Part shown: positions 63,300-64,000 of the stretch, piece after piece | How positions within the stretch are numbered: the stretch's first letter is position 1 | Layout of the letters: the number at the start of each line of letters is the position of its first letter | DNA from: Mobula hypostoma | Lineage: Eukaryota | Reading direction: 5' to 3' | Length of the DNA stretch: 64,000 nt | Assembly (NCBI RefSeq): GCF_963921235.1 | Contig: NC_086108.1 | Coordinates: 105,216,001 to 105,280,000 of the forward strand | Position numbers and translations under genes: made by a program | The notes under the pieces: model-generated | What the model was told of the DNA's origin: nothing | What the model saw: the letters and a program-made list of their open reading frames with translations, nothing else | Databases searched by the model: none

Positions 63300-64000
63300 G
63301 GGGGGGCAGGGGGAGAGAAAAAATCATTGTTAGATAATATGGGCATGTTATGTTGATGCTGGAGTGTGTAACGTCACTTGCAGGCTGGCCCAGTGCATCC
63401 TTAGATTGCATTGGTTGCTAACACAAAAATTGCATCTCACTGTATATTTCAAAGGACGTGGCCTCTTCTCCTTGCTACCATCAAGGAGGATGTACAAGAG
63501 CCTGAAGTCACACACTCAACGTTTCAGGAAAAGCTTCCTCCCCTCCGCCATCAGATTTCTGAATGGACAATGAATCCATGAACACTACTTCAGTATTTCT
63601 TTCCTCTATTTTTGCACTACCCATTTAATTAATTTTTTTATATATACTTCTTATTCTAATTTATAGCTTTTATTATTATATATTGGAATGTACTGTTGCT
63701 GCAAAACAGCAAATTTCACGACATATGCTGATGATATTAAACCTGTTTCTGATTCCAATCTGATAAATAATTGAGTCGGAGTCTTTATGCCTCTCGTTCT
63801 GCTGCATCTCTTCAGCATGTTGGTTGGGTTGAGTCTACTGAAGTGTCAGGGAGTTGGGATGTTCCACACAGTGCAGTTAAGAAGCGGAGTGCGACCAGAA
63901 CTGTGTCAGATTTTCAACAATCTGCTGACGGTTCAGTCAATAGCAGGATTGGACTGTTTTTGTCATGAGCTGAGTGATGAAAGTAGACTTCCCAGTTAAG

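Noticed and set aside
63771..64000. Possible exon after a pyrimidine-rich …TCTTCAG
   Set aside because: No recognisable peptide or donor site before the window ends

Overview
Repeat-dense vertebrate genomic DNA with no confidently identifiable host gene exon. The repeat inventory (abundant CR1 LINEs, Rex1/Babar-like, RTE, L1-clade, Crack/Daphne-like and HERO-like LINE fragments, tRNA-derived SINEs, Penelope-derived repeats, Tc1, Chapaev3 and hAT remnants) suggests a cartilaginous fish, probably a ray; this is an inference. The best-preserved element is a ~4.4 kb Gypsy (Mag-like) LTR retrotransposon on the minus strand (39224-43655), with a solo LTR of the same family at 24591-24819. The element has no tRNA primer-binding site. 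Instead, the PBS position is the reverse complement of the LTR's own AATAAA region, which points to tRNA-independent self-priming and/or poly(A)-signal occlusion. Other highlights: an L1 with a twin-priming 5' inversion and 14-bp TSD (20750-23274), hammerhead-ribozyme motifs in Penelope-derived palindromic repeats, a SINE/RTE pair sharing a 3' tail, and several multi-level nested insertions. Almost all long ORFs are decayed transposon ORFs. Boundaries without TSD or TIR support are approximate.
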